A DNA stretch of 64,000 nt from the NCBI GenBank assembly GCA_963802945.1, contig CAWDKY010000030.1, positions 64,001 through 128,000 of the forward strand. The letters run 5' to 3'. This DNA comes from an uncultured delta proteobacterium. GTDB taxonomy: Bacteria; Desulfobacterota; RBG-13-43-22. Both the position numbers and the translations under genes were made by a program. Under the pieces are notes generated by a model that had not been told where the DNA came from, made no database searches, and saw nothing but the letters and a program-made list of their open reading frames with translations. Of the stretch, positions 37,336-47,410 are shown piece after piece (the first letter of the stretch is position 1; each line of letters starts with the position of its first letter).

Positions 37336-39165
37336 ATGTTAGGTCTTCGCCAAAAATTATCCCTCGGGTTTGCAGGCCTTCTGGTCATTATCCTGGTTAT
37401 CGGAATCCAGAGCATTGTTCATCTCAGTAATCTGGGAGAATCCATCGATGTCATACTGAGGGAAAACTATCAAAGTGTCATCGCCTGCCAGGAAATGAAA
37501 GAAGCCCTGGAACGCATAGACAGCGGAGTACTATTTACCCTTCAAGGATACACCCAGAAGGGAAATGAACTGATCGGTAAAAATAAGCAAGCCTTTGAAA
37601 AGGCCCTTCGGATTGAGCTGAATACTATTACCCTTGCCGGAGAAGGGGAAAAAGCAAATCTTCTAAAACAACAATTTGGCCGGTACGAAATGATGCTCAA
37701 AGAGATAGAGGATGGAAGCCTTTCCATAGCTGTTCGCCGCCAAAACTATTTCAGCCGACTACTTCCTTTATTCTATTCCATTAAAAACACGGCTGATGAA
37801 ATCCTTCAAATGAATCAGCAAAATATGAGTGAAGCCAATGATCGGGCGCGCCGCCATGCCGCCGCCGCCAAAAGAGGGATGTATATTCTTTTATTGGTGG
37901 GGACGCTCATCGCCGTGGGGTTTATATTTTTTATCGGTAAATGGGTCCTCCGTCCCATCAATCGTCTCATTGTTTCGGCCAATGAAATCAAGAAGGGAAA
38001 TCTGGATTTATGGGTTCAAAGCAGTTCCCGCGACGAAATCGGCCGTCTCTCCGAAGCCTTCAATGAAATGGCGGCCGGCATTCGAGAGTTCCGTCGGTCC
38101 AACCGATCCAAACTATTTCGTATCCAGCAGGCCACCCAACAGGCCTTTAGCAGCCTACCGGAAGCCGTAGCGGTTATTGACCCGGAAGGCAAGGTGGAGG
38201 TAGCCACGGAAGCGGCCAAGAATTTTTTTGGCTTGCAGCCCAACACCCCCATCAAAGATTTGCCTCTTGAATGGCTAAACGGTTTGATCCAGGAAGCCCT
38301 TAAGCTGGGCCGCATATCAGAGCCCAAAGGCAATCAAACGGTCATCCAACATTTTATCCAAGGAGAAGAGCGCTACTTTCGCCCCGAGGCGGTGCCCATC
38401 CTGGATAGTGAAAGACAACCCACCGGGGTCGTCCTGGTCCTTAAGGACGTCACCCAGCTCAGACAGCAGGATGAAATAAAAAGAGGCATGATCTCCACCG
38501 TGTCCCATCAGCTCAAAACGCCTCTCACTTCCATTCGTATGGCCATCCATCTGCTGTTGGAAGAAAAAGTAGGTTCCCTCACGGAACAACAAGTCGATCT
38601 TCTTTTAACAGCCCGGGAAGACAGCGACCGGCTGCATAATATCCTCAACAACCTGCTGGATATCAGCCGCATCGAATCCGGAAAGACCAAAATGGAATTT
38701 CAGGCGGCTTCCCCGAATTCCATTCAACTGGAAGCCCTGGAGCCCTTTTGGAGGGCAGCCCACGACCAAGGAGTGACTCTTAGCGTCGAGATACCGGGAG
38801 ATTTGCCTGAAGTTTGGGCCGACTCGACCAGAATCTACTATGTCATCGGCAATCTCCTTTCCAATGCCCTCAGATACACTCCACACGGCGGTAAGATCAC
38901 CTTTTCGGCCCAGGCGGAAGAAAAGGAGGTCCGTTTTTTTATCGCTGATACGGGAAAAGGGATTCCCAGGCAGTATCTCCCCAGAATTTTTGAACAATTT
39001 TTTCGGGTCCCCGGCCAGGAAAAGGAATCAGGGGCCGGTCTTGGACTGGCCATTGTTAAAGAGATCATCGAAGCCCATGGCGGGACAGTGAGTGTTGAAA
39101 GTCAGGAAGGCCAGGGAAGCACCTTCGCCTTCACTCTAAGAAGGGTGGAACAGGCATCTGATTAG
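37336..39165 (+). CDS. Membrane sensor histidine kinase (four-helix sensor, HAMP, PAS, HisKA, HATPase; KinB-like)
   Basis: 2 TM, RDEIGRLSEAFNEM, VSHQLKTPLTSI, NLLSNALRYT, DTGKGI, GAGLGLAI. Confidence 0.93.
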   Translation: MLGLRQKLSLGFAGLLVIILVIGIQSIVHLSNLGESIDVILRENYQSVIACQEMKEALERIDSGVLFTLQGYTQKGNELIGKNKQAFEKALRIELNTITLAGEGEKANLLKQQFGRYEMMLKEIEDGSLSIAVRRQNYFSRLLPLFYSIKNTADEILQMNQQNMSEANDRARRHAAAAKRGMYILLLVGTLIAVGFIFFIGKWVLRPINRLIVSANEIKKGNLDLWVQSSSRDEIGRLSEAFNEMAAGIREFRRSNRSKLFRIQQATQQAFSSLPEAVAVIDPEGKVEVATEAAKNFFGLQPNTPIKDLPLEWLNGLIQEALKLGRISEPKGNQTVIQHFIQGEERYFRPEAVPILDSERQPTGVVLVLKDVTQLRQQDEIKRGMISTVSHQLKTPLTSIRMAIHLLLEEKVGSLTEQQVDLLLTAREDSDRLHNILNNLLDISRIESGKTKMEFQAASPNSIQLEALEPFWRAAHDQGVTLSVEIPGDLPEVWADSTRIYYVIGNLLSNALRYTPHGGKITFSAQAEEKEVRFFIADTGKGIPRQYLPRIFEQFFRVPGQEKESGAGLGLAIVKEIIEAHGGTVSVESQEGQGSTFAFTLRRVEQASD

Positions 39166-39288
39166 ATGCTTAACGGCGACTTGAGGAGAAATTGGAAATC
39201 GGATTTCGATATTCGAACTGGGTGGCGGCCAGAATCCGGCCCTGGTCCCTGGATCGGATTACGAAATAAGAACACATAGGAGAAGGCT

Positions 39289-40137
39289 ATGAATGGTGAC
39301 ATTTTAAAACCAGATGAATTTCAACCCCGAAAGGTCCGTTTGTCCGATTATGAAACGGGCTTCCTGCTTTTTGTTTTGGCTACCCTACTCTGTTTTTTAA
39401 TGTACCCCTACTTTCACCTCAGTAATCTCATCATGATCTATTTATTGGAGGTGATGATAACGGCCGTCAGCTGTGGGCGAGGCCCGGCTGTCCTAAATTC
39501 TCTTCTAAACGTTCTGGCCTTTGATTTCTTCTTTGTCCCGCCCCGTTTTTCATTCACCGTGGAAGAGGCCCAGTACATTGTTACCTTCATCGTGATGTTT
39601 CTGGTTGCCTTGGTCATCAGTCACCTGACGAACCGTTTAAGGCAACAGGCCCTACTTGCCCGAATACAAGAGCGGCAGGCAACCGCCCTGCATGGTCTCA
39701 GTCGCCAACTCGCCAGTACCCGAGGGATGAAAGAGATTTTCCAGGTGGCCGTGAAGTATCTTTCCGAGATTTTTGATTGCCCAGTTATGGCTTTACGACT
39801 GAACGAACAGGATAAGTTTGAGGTAGCTGCCGGGGACCTCTCTTCAATTCTTCATCAGGATATCATGAAAGAAATAAATATCGCCCGCCAGGCTTATAAT
39901 ACCGGACAAATAACCGGGGTGGGAACACAATCCTCTTTGACAACCGAAAATCTATATATACCCATTCGAGCGACTGATTATATCTCTGGTATTTTAGTCC
40001 TCCGCCCCTCAGATCGGGAACAATTTCAATATCCCCGGCAATTGACACTTTTGGAATCATTAGTCAAACAAATTGCTCTGACTTTGGAAGTAGAACACAT
40101 CAACGAAAGCAAAAAATTCAGAGAGATGGAAGCTTAA
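39289..40137 (+). CDS. Stand-alone KdpD membrane module (DUF4118 four-TM plus GAF), no kinase core
   Basis: SNLIMIYLL..GRGPA..AFDFFFVPPRFSF..YIVTFIVM, then LHGLSRQLA GAF region; stops before any H-box. Confidence 0.88.
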   Translation: MNGDILKPDEFQPRKVRLSDYETGFLLFVLATLLCFLMYPYFHLSNLIMIYLLEVMITAVSCGRGPAVLNSLLNVLAFDFFFVPPRFSFTVEEAQYIVTFIVMFLVALVISHLTNRLRQQALLARIQERQATALHGLSRQLASTRGMKEIFQVAVKYLSEIFDCPVMALRLNEQDKFEVAAGDLSSILHQDIMKEINIARQAYNTGQITGVGTQSSLTTENLYIPIRATDYISGILVLRPSDREQFQYPRQLTLLESLVKQIALTLEVEHINESKKFREMEA

Positions 40138-40154
40138 GAAAAATTCTGTATCTT

Positions 40155-41357
40155 ATGAGTGACGACAGAGCCAATGCCTTTCTGAGAATGATCCGTCACG
40201 CCCAGCGCGGCCGGTTGAAGGTCTATCTGGGCTATTGTCCGGGGGTAGGGAAAACCTATCAAATGTTACAAGAAGGTCACCGGCTTAAAAAAGATGGGAT
40301 CGACGTCGTTATCGGACTTATTGAAACCCATGGCCGGGTCGATATCGCCAAACTGGCCGAAGGGCTGGAGGTCGTCCCCAGGCGTCGGCAGGAATACCGC
40401 GGCGTTCCCGTGGAAGAAATGGATGTTGATGCGATCCTGGCGCGCAAACCCCAATTGGCCCTGATCGATGAATTGGCCCATACCAATGTTCCCGGGAGCC
40501 CGAATCCAAAACGCTATCAGGATGTTCAGGATATCTTGGCCGCTGGGATCCATGTCATCACCACCTTGAACGTACAACATTTGGAAAGCCTTTATAACCT
40601 GGTGGAAAAGGCCGTGGGGGTCAAGGTCCGGGAGCGTCTTCCCGATTCGGTTCTGGCTGAAGCGGACCAGATCGTCGACGTAGATTTGTCCACCGAAGAT
40701 CTGCAAAAACGACTGGAAGAAGGGAAGATCTATTCTCAAGAGCGTATCCCGATGGCGATGAGTAATTTTTTTAGGACTTCGAATCTGGAAAAGCTCCGGG
40801 AATTGACCCTTCGAGAACTTGCCTCCCAGATCGATTTGAGAAGGCGGGAAACGGAATCCAAAGAGATGGATGCCACACCTGCCTCAGACCAGGTGATGGT
40901 CTGTCTGAGCTCACGCGGCCCCAATAGCGACAAGTTGTTGCGTTATGCCTCCCGCCTGGCCGGAAAATTGAACCAAAACTGGTATGCCGTCTATGTTCAA
41001 ACCCCTTCCGAGGAAGCCACGGTCATCGAGGCCCGCACCCAGCGTCTGCTTTCCGACACCCTGACCTTGGCCAAACAATTAGGTGCCCTGGTTTTTACGT
41101 ATAAGGGAGAAGACATTGCGGATACCATCCTTAGGTTTGCCAAGGAATACCGGGTTGGGCACATTGTGATCGGGAAACCGGGACCAAAACCTTTCTTTAA
41201 AAAATTCGGAAAGAATAAAAACATTGTGGGAAATCTTGTCAAAAATGCCCGGGGGGTCACAATGGTCGTACTGGATACCCGCGAAGAGCAATTAAGCCCG
41301 GTCATGGATCGTCAAGGCATCCCGGAAACGACCTTGCCGGCCTCACCCTCAGCCTGA
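40155..41357 (+). CDS. kdpD: Stand-alone KdpD N-terminal ATP-binding domain plus USP domain
   Basis: RGRLKVYLGYCPGVGKTYQML, ETHGR, DELAHTN, KRYQDV, TTLNVQHLESL, LRELTLR; USP VMVCLSS..HIVIGK. Confidence 0.9.
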   Translation: MSDDRANAFLRMIRHAQRGRLKVYLGYCPGVGKTYQMLQEGHRLKKDGIDVVIGLIETHGRVDIAKLAEGLEVVPRRRQEYRGVPVEEMDVDAILARKPQLALIDELAHTNVPGSPNPKRYQDVQDILAAGIHVITTLNVQHLESLYNLVEKAVGVKVRERLPDSVLAEADQIVDVDLSTEDLQKRLEEGKIYSQERIPMAMSNFFRTSNLEKLRELTLRELASQIDLRRRETESKEMDATPASDQVMVCLSSRGPNSDKLLRYASRLAGKLNQNWYAVYVQTPSEEATVIEARTQRLLSDTLTLAKQLGALVFTYKGEDIADTILRFAKEYRVGHIVIGKPGPKPFFKKFGKNKNIVGNLVKNARGVTMVVLDTREEQLSPVMDRQGIPETTLPASPSA

Positions 41358-41401
41358 AATCAAACCTATACCCCAGAAGCCGTTGATGTTGCATCAATTC
41401 C

Positions 41402-41839
41402 TTGACTCCGCAACGTATTCTCATTTGGGATCAGCCGGTCCCCAAAGAGATGATACTTCAACAACTCGTGGAAGCCGCGGCTAAACAGAAAGAGATCGGC
41501 GATCCGGAGATCGTATTGAAAGAGGTTTTGAAGCGGGAAGAACAGGGATCGACCTTTTTTAACGAAGGCGCGGCCTTCCCCCATGCCAGGATAAAGGGTC
41601 TCTCTTCTCCGATAGTCGCCCTGGGATTCCCCAGAAAAGGCGTCTCGGATATAGCTACCGATAAACCTATTGAAATCGTGTTTTTAATCCTTTCTCCCGC
41701 CGATGCTCCAGATACCCAGGTTAAAGTTTTAGGTCTGGCCAGCCGCGCCGCTTTAAACAGATCCCTACTGCAAAATTTCAAATCTGCCCAATCCCCGGAA
41801 GAAGTGTTATCCGCAATCCGCAATTGGGAAATCGAGTAA
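41402..41839 (+). CDS. PTS EIIA (Ntr/Fru-type) domain, possibly the frameshifted C-terminus of the preceding gene
   Basis: REEQGSTFFNEGAAFPHAR with the phospho-His; TTG start without a clear RBS. Confidence 0.85.
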   Translation: MTPQRILIWDQPVPKEMILQQLVEAAAKQKEIGDPEIVLKEVLKREEQGSTFFNEGAAFPHARIKGLSSPIVALGFPRKGVSDIATDKPIEIVFLILSPADAPDTQVKVLGLASRAALNRSLLQNFKSAQSPEEVLSAIRNWEIE

Positions 41840-41849
41840 AAATCCACAT

Positions 41850-42079
41850 AGTTTTCAGATCACTGTGCCGGAGTGGGGTCTGTTTTTTCCCCGTTACTTA
41901 TCGATTAATAAACGCACCTGGTCAGGCTTGGTTTTCGGGACAGGATATTTTGAGCAGAAATCCAGAAAATATCTAAGCCATTTTTTAAAGTCCGCGCGCA
42001 GTGTCGGTGCAACGGTTCTTTTTTCAAGAACAGCGTCAAACCTCGACAGAACGGTATCCGGGATGGGCAGCATCGGCAT
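41850..42079 (-). pseudogene. intI: Truncated integron integrase (N-terminal extension only)
   Basis: MLPIPDTVLSRFDAVLEKR..RADFKKWLRYFLDFCSKY resembles the N-terminus of long deltaproteobacterial IntI; divergent from attI and cassettes; no catalytic domain. Confidence 0.7.
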
Positions 42080-42176
42080 TGAACAGTTAACCTCCTAAGA
42101 AGTTAAATACAATATTGAACAACCTAAGTAAAATAATAATATCAGATAGATTTATCAATAACATTTAAATTAAATA

Positions 42177-42235
42177 TTGACAATCACAGAACTTGTTGAT
42201 ATTATGAAAGGAAACTATTCAATATATTGTTATGG
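42177..42235 (+). promoter_or_regulatory. Cassette promoter Pc and attI crossover site
   Basis: TTGACA-17bp-TATTAT (42177-42205); GTTATGG (42229-35) is the exact complement of the first attC R'' box CCATAAC (42830-36). Confidence 0.75.
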
Positions 42236-42258
42236 TTTATCGAGAAGGGAGTAAAAAA

Positions 42259-42835
42259 ATGGCTGAATACAAACTAAGCTGGCCAAATGTTACAAACCCC
42301 GCGACACTTTCCTATTTGTGCCATTTTTGCGGAAACAAGGTTGCCTCAGAAAAAGGATGGATTGCTAATACTCACGTTTCAAACGTTCATGCATATGTCT
42401 TCGTATGCCCAAGCTGTACTAAGCCGACATTCTTTGACACGGATCGCAGGCAAATTCCAGCGCCGCGTCTTGGAAATTCGGTAAACGGCATTACTGATAA
42501 GGGGGTCGAAGGTTTGTATAATGAGGCACGTGATTGCTCAATGGTTGGAGCAAATACCCGCTGCCGTGCTTCTCGCTAGAAAGCTACTTATGAATATTGC
42601 GGTTCAGCATGGGGCACAAGCTGGAAAAACATTTATAGATTACATTGACTATCTCTCTGACAATGGTTTCGTTCCTCCAAATGGCCGAACTTGGGTAGAC
42701 CAGATACGCAAGAAAGGTAATGAAGCGACTCATGAAATTCCACAGACCACAGAACAGGATGCACGGCAAATTCTGACATTCACAGAAATGTTGTTGAAAT
42801 TTGTTTATGAATTTCCATCGATGGTTAACCCATAA
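42259..42835 (+). CDS. Cassette 1: zinc-ribbon plus DUF4145 protein, frameshift near 42556
   Basis: CHFC..CPSC; LYNEARDC; LARKLLMNIA..IDYL..IRKKGNEATHE. Confidence 0.8.
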
Positions 42836-42895
42836 CAATCGGCTGCAGCCAATCGCCGATAAATCCGGCTCTGGCTGAGCCGCATTCAATGGAGG
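42830..42895 (+). other. attC site, R' end degenerate
   Basis: CCATAAC..CGGCTGCAGCCA..TGGCTGAGCCG hairpin with extrahelical base; no GTT box at the 3' end. Confidence 0.65.
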
Positions 42896-42902
42896 TGTAC
42901 TA

Positions 42903-43583
42903 ATGACTTGGTGGCAGACAGCTTTAGAATTTGCAAAAGCCAATACCTCCAGCATAATTGTGTCACTAATTATTGGTTTCCTTTTCTTTGTGCTTGGCCC
43001 CATTGGTCTTTGGTTTTCTGGAAGAAGAATTCGGAGAGAGAGGTTACGCAAGGCTAAGGATTCGATGGTCGACCTTTTGGAAGGCATGCTTGTCAATCAG
43101 GAAGATGTAACGCCCGAGAAACTTGATCTACTGTTTAATGCTGTGGGCCGCGAAATCGATGTGAGCCTTCATGGAGTATATGACGGCGATCTATTGATCG
43201 AGGACATGATGCTGCGTTTTCAAAAGAGCAGACACTTAGATGCACAACAGAAGCAGGACTACTTTGCAAAATTGAGGAATGTGAGATTGGCACTCCATGA
43301 AAAACCAGAGAGCATAATCAAACGTCCGTTGCCAAGGCGAGATCAAGAGATTATTGACGACATTCGGGTTAAAGTTAGTGAACAAAAGGAAGTTAATGAA
43401 CTTCTCAATGAGCTTCAAAGCCGACTAGAAAGAAAAGCAGATGTGTCTGATCCCATTCTGGGTCCGTTCATTTTGGTTAGCCGAATGATGAGAAGGGATC
43501 CGAAAAGATTTGTACTTATTTGTTCCGTAGCTGCCTTATTTTATTTGGGTGTTGTACTGACTTTCCTCCGTTTCTTCAAATAA
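42903..43583 (+). CDS. Cassette 2: hypothetical protein with N- and C-terminal TM helices
   Basis: 226-aa ORF with GGAGG RBS filling the space between two attC sites. Confidence 0.8.
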   Translation: MTWWQTALEFAKANTSSIIVSLIIGFLFFVLGPIGLWFSGRRIRRERLRKAKDSMVDLLEGMLVNQEDVTPEKLDLLFNAVGREIDVSLHGVYDGDLLIEDMMLRFQKSRHLDAQQKQDYFAKLRNVRLALHEKPESIIKRPLPRRDQEIIDDIRVKVSEQKEVNELLNELQSRLERKADVSDPILGPFILVSRMMRRDPKRFVLICSVAALFYLGVVLTFLRFFK

Positions 43584-43592
43584 CTGTAAGAT

Positions 43593-43655
43593 ACCCAACT
43601 AAGGGCTGGAGAAGGATGCTCGTTACACGCGGACCTCTCAGCCCAATCGTTGGCG
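43593..43655 (+). other. attC site
   Basis: ACCCAAC..GGGCTGGAGA..TCTCAGCCC..GTTGGCG. Confidence 0.75.
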
Positions 43656-43862
43656 CCGCCTAACGGCGTCGCCAATATGGCGTTGCCCCTATCGGGTCCA
43701 TGTCCCGGCCGGCTCCGCCGCAGGCGATCGCCAACCAGGCCATTGGACACCGATGTCACTTGCTTGCATGGGCCTTCGGCCCCCGCAACCTGCGTGCCAT
43801 GGAAATAAAGGGTCAGGTCTATTTTCTTGACATTGAAGATGTAGTAATGATATAGGATATTC

Positions 43863-44713
43863 ATGGCACGTCCTCTACGCATAGTATTTCCCGGGGCTGT
43901 TTATCATGTTACCAGTCGAGGAAATAACAAAAATGAGATTTTTAAGGATGCTCAAGACCGTGAGGATTTTCTCAAAATCCTTCACCAGGTTAACAGGCGC
44001 TATAACTGGCTCTGCCATGCCTATTGTCTGACGAATAATCATTATCATTTGCTCATCGAAACACCGGATGGAAAACTTTCCATTGGGATGAGACAATTAA
44101 ATGGGGTATTTACCCAGTTGTTCAACAAGCGACATGGAACCGTTGGCATTTATTCCAGGGCAGATTCAAGGGTATTCTGGTGCAAAAGGATAGCCATCTT
44201 CTAGAAGTTTCCCGTTATATCGTACTGAATCCGGTAAGGGCGAAAGTCATAAAAAACCCGAACCAGTGGAAATGGAGCAGCTATGCGGCCACAGCAGGGC
44301 AGCGAAGTAAGCCCTCTTGCCTTTCAGTTGATGGGATCTTGGGGCAACTTTCACCCGAAAAGATTAAAGCAGAAGGAATCTATCGCCAGTTTGTTAGGGC
44401 TGGAATAAGATCGGAATCCATTTGGAAGGATTTGAGAGTCAGAGCATCCTGGGGGAGGATTCTTTTGTGGAACGTTTAAAAGATCATCTGAAGGGGAAAG
44501 AGGCCATTCCTGAAATTTCAAAAAGCCAACGTTTTATTAACAGACCCTGTTGGAAAAAATATTACCCCCCGAATTGATCCGAAAAAAGGAAGCAAGAAAT
44601 AAACGGATATTGAAGGCAGTGGAGAGATACGGTTACACCCAAAAGCAAGTTTCTGAGTATTTAATTACATTTTTCCTTCAATAAGCCGTATTATACGGAC
44701 ACAGGTAAAATAA
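43863..44713 (+). pseudogene. REP-associated tyrosine transposase with C-terminal HTH, several frameshifts
   Basis: MARPLRIVFPGAVYHVTSRGN, AYCLTNNHYHLL (HUH), RYIVLNPVRA, WKWSSY, later YGYTQKQVSEY. Confidence 0.85.
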
Positions 44714-44730
44714 ATAATGTTAAAAAAATA

Positions 44731-46356
44731 GGGTCTGTTGCCCAAAATATAATTTATAAATCATAAGAGTAAATAAAAGCTGGCTTGGGAAGATAGCCGA
44801 AAGGGAATCCTCTCCAAAAACGATTGGCCAGACGGATTAATAGCCTTTTCGGATGTCCTTTCTGATTCTTATTGGCCGCTGCCGGCCTTTGCTCTTTGAC
44901 ATGACGTATCAGGATTAGGATGTTCTGTAAGGAAGCCGTCAGGTATTCCTGAATCTGGACTCTCCAGAGATTTCTCCACCTGGCCCGTTTAAATCCATAA
45001 CGGGTAGCTTGGGCAAAACTTCGTTCCATCAGATGCTGGCGCAGATGAAGATCCTTCTTAGAATCGGAGGACCCAGCCTTGGCTCTCATCTGGCTGAGAT
45101 CTTCATGCCGTAGATGCCGATTGATGGATCGGCTGGTTCGGGAACGGGTACATTGGTCTTTAAGCGGACAAGACCGAAAAACCTTTCGGGCACAGACATA
45201 ATCCACGGACCGGCGTTGGGTATGATAGCGTCGAAGCGCTAAACACTGCCCGGCAGGACATTGGTAGGTGTCGGTCTGGGGGTCATAAACAAAAGCCTCC
45301 TCAGGAAAGATACCGCTCGACTGCCGGATTTTTCCTGTTGTCCTTTAAGATCGGGAATATGGGCGGCTATTTGAAGATCGTGGCAGTGCAGGAAGTTTTC
45401 CACCGTCCCATACTTGCTGTCGGCTACCACCGTCTCGACGGCCTTTTCCGTGTTCTCCTGATGCTCCTCTATCAAGGTTGGTAAGCGATGAGCTTCATTG
45501 ACCTGTCCCGGAGTGACTTCGGTAGCTGTAATCATTTCCGCTTGGCCATCCACGGCTCGATGCACCTTGTAGCTCAACTTGGGATTTCCTCTTCCTTGAC
45601 GGATCACTGAGGCTTCCGGATCGGTCGTAGAAATATAGCGCCGGTTGACTTCTCCCGACAGGGGTTTCTCGGACGGTTGCTCTTTAAGCCGGGCTTCCAA
45701 CTCTTGATAACTCTGGTTCAGATAGCGTTTCAAGGACTCCCGATTCACCACCGAATCATTGGCCGCATCGGCCTGAACCAGACTGGAATCCATAAAAAGT
45801 TTGGCACCATCCACCAATCCCGCCTCCACACATTGCCAAACGATTCGTTCAAAAAAATATTTGAAGGCCTCTACTCCCCAACGGCTCCGGGCCTTACTCA
45901 AAACACTGTGATTCGGAATCTCATCGTCCAGGTCATAGCCCAAAAACCACAGCCAGTCTAAACGCTCAGGAATAGTAGTCATGAGTTCCCGTTCCGATCT
46001 CACATTATACAGAATCAACAACAGCATCAGTTTGAGAATAACCGGTGGAGGCACAGAAACATTACCCTTCATCCCATAGCTTTCTTTAACTTCATTATAA
46101 ATAAAATCAAAGTCTATGAGTTCGGCAATCTTTCTAAGGGGATGATCTGGTCGTACTCTTTGTTCAAGGTGTAAGCCATAGTAAAATAACTTTCCCTGAT
46201 TCTCTTTGGATTCATAACCCATCATGATGGAAAACCTCTTGATTAAAGATGAGGCTATGATATCATAATAATTAAATATATCATACAGTTATTTTAATTT
46301 TATCGCAATTTTTTTAACTTAAATCGTGGCTAACTGAGGATTTGGGCAACAGACCC
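44731..46356 (-). mobile_element. IS1182-family insertion sequence
   Basis: Perfect 16-bp terminal IR GGGTCTGTTGCCCAAA / TTTGGGCAACAGACCC; 4-bp AATA direct repeats at 44727-30 and 46357-60. Confidence 0.92.
44754..46225 (-). CDS. IS1182-family DDE transposase, frameshift near 45300
   Basis: VRPDHPLRKI, RSERELM, PNHSVLSKAR, MDSS, STTDPEA, ADSKYG, CPLKDQCT, MERSFA. Confidence 0.9.
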
Positions 46357-46427
46357 AATAGACCTGACCCCGAAATCCGGCAACACCATTGGTAAGCGGC
46401 TGTTGATATATTTGAACGGGAATGGAA

Positions 46428-46595
46428 ATGACAAGGAACATGTCTGTCGTGCTTTACATTGTGGGGTTGATTGCCGTTGTCGTTAGTGTAGATTTACTGT
46501 TCTTTAAGAATCGATTCTGGGAACGGCTGATAGTGAACATCGGCATTGTCTTGGTGTTTGCCGCCTTCTATTTGAGATTCCTAAAGAACCCGTAG
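46428..46595 (+). CDS. Cassette: 55-aa two-TM protein
   Basis: MTRNMSVVLYIVGLIAVVVSVDLLFFKNRFWERLIVNIGIVLVFAAFYLRFLKNP followed by attC; below ORF-track cutoff. Confidence 0.7.
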   Translation: MTRNMSVVLYIVGLIAVVVSVDLLFFKNRFWERLIVNIGIVLVFAAFYLRFLKNP

Positions 46596-46621
46596 GCTAT
46601 TCGCCGCGGCACCAGCTGGTT

Positions 46622-46701
46622 GCCTAACACCCACATCGAGTCCGACAGGCTTACCCTTCCGCTACGCTCCGGCAACCCCAGGCTCATTTGCTACGTTAAA
46701 C
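46622..46701 (+). other. attC site
   Basis: GCCTAAC..CCGCTACGCTCCGG..GCTCAT..GTTAAAC. Confidence 0.7.
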
Positions 46702-46727
46702 TGCAGGTCAAAAGGAACGGGCAAGCC

Positions 46728-47306
46728 ATGAACCAAAAGATCGTCACACCAACACCCTATGGTTCGATATGCATTTTTCTTCACCCATGCCAATCAAGGG
46801 CCAAAGGTGGTCCGGGTCCTTCTCTCCAAGCCCGGTTTACCGGCTGAGCGCCAAGCCTCAGAATTGTATCCGACTGTAAGCGTAGCTTCTTGTTCGGAGA
46901 TTGACGCCGTAGGTGCAGGTATGAAAAGGCTACTTGCCGGCGAGCCATAGAGTTTTCCCTTCTCTCGCGGACCTCGATCAGTGTAGTGAATTCCAGAAGC
47001 GAGTTCTTCGGGCTGAGCATGCGATTCCGAGGGGAAGGGTAAGCACGTATCGACTCATTGCGGCGTATTTGGGGAAGCCGAACGGCGCCCGGGCTGTCGG
47101 AACGCATTGGCCAATAATCCAGTCCCACTCATCGTGCCGTGTCACCGTGCCATTCGCTCTGACTGGCAGCTCGAGGCTACCAAGGCGGCCTCGAAATGAA
47201 GCAAGCACTTCTGGAGAAGGAAGGCTTTGCATTCGATAGCTCTGGAAAAGTAATTTCCTCACATTTTTACTATGATAGAGCCGGTCGAACAACCGGCTCC
47301 AGCTGA
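46728..47306 (+). pseudogene. Cassette: O6-methylguanine-DNA methyltransferase (Ogt/MGMT family), several frameshifts
   Basis: SEFQKRVL..IPRGRVSTY..GARAVG, then IVPCHRAI..YQGGLEMKQALLEKEG in another frame. Confidence 0.82.
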
Positions 47307-47334
47307 CCTTCGGCAGCTGAGCCGAGCGTTACCC
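47284..47334 (+). other. Short attC site
   Basis: GTCGAAC..CGGCTCCAGCTG-ACCTTCGG-CAGCTGAGCCG..GTTACCC. Confidence 0.75.
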
Positions 47335-47362
47335 ATGGAACAAAAATGGTGATTGCTTTTAT

Positions 47363-47396
47363 GGTTGACGGTATGATATAATGTCATACTATAACC
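47363..47396 (+). promoter_or_regulatory. Toxin-antitoxin promoter/operator
   Basis: TTGACG followed by inverted repeat GTATGA-N7-TCATAC, flanked by GGTT..AACC. Confidence 0.6.
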
Positions 47397-47410
47397 AGGA
47401 GGGTAACGAG

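Larger units (their letters stand above)
43810..46371 (+). mobile_element. RAYT/IS200-like (HUH Y1) element bounded by 25-bp inverted repeats
   Basis: Left GGGTCAGGTCTATTTTCTTGACATT; right (after removing the IS) AATGTTAAAAAAATAGACCTGACCC, 23/25 match. Confidence 0.75.
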
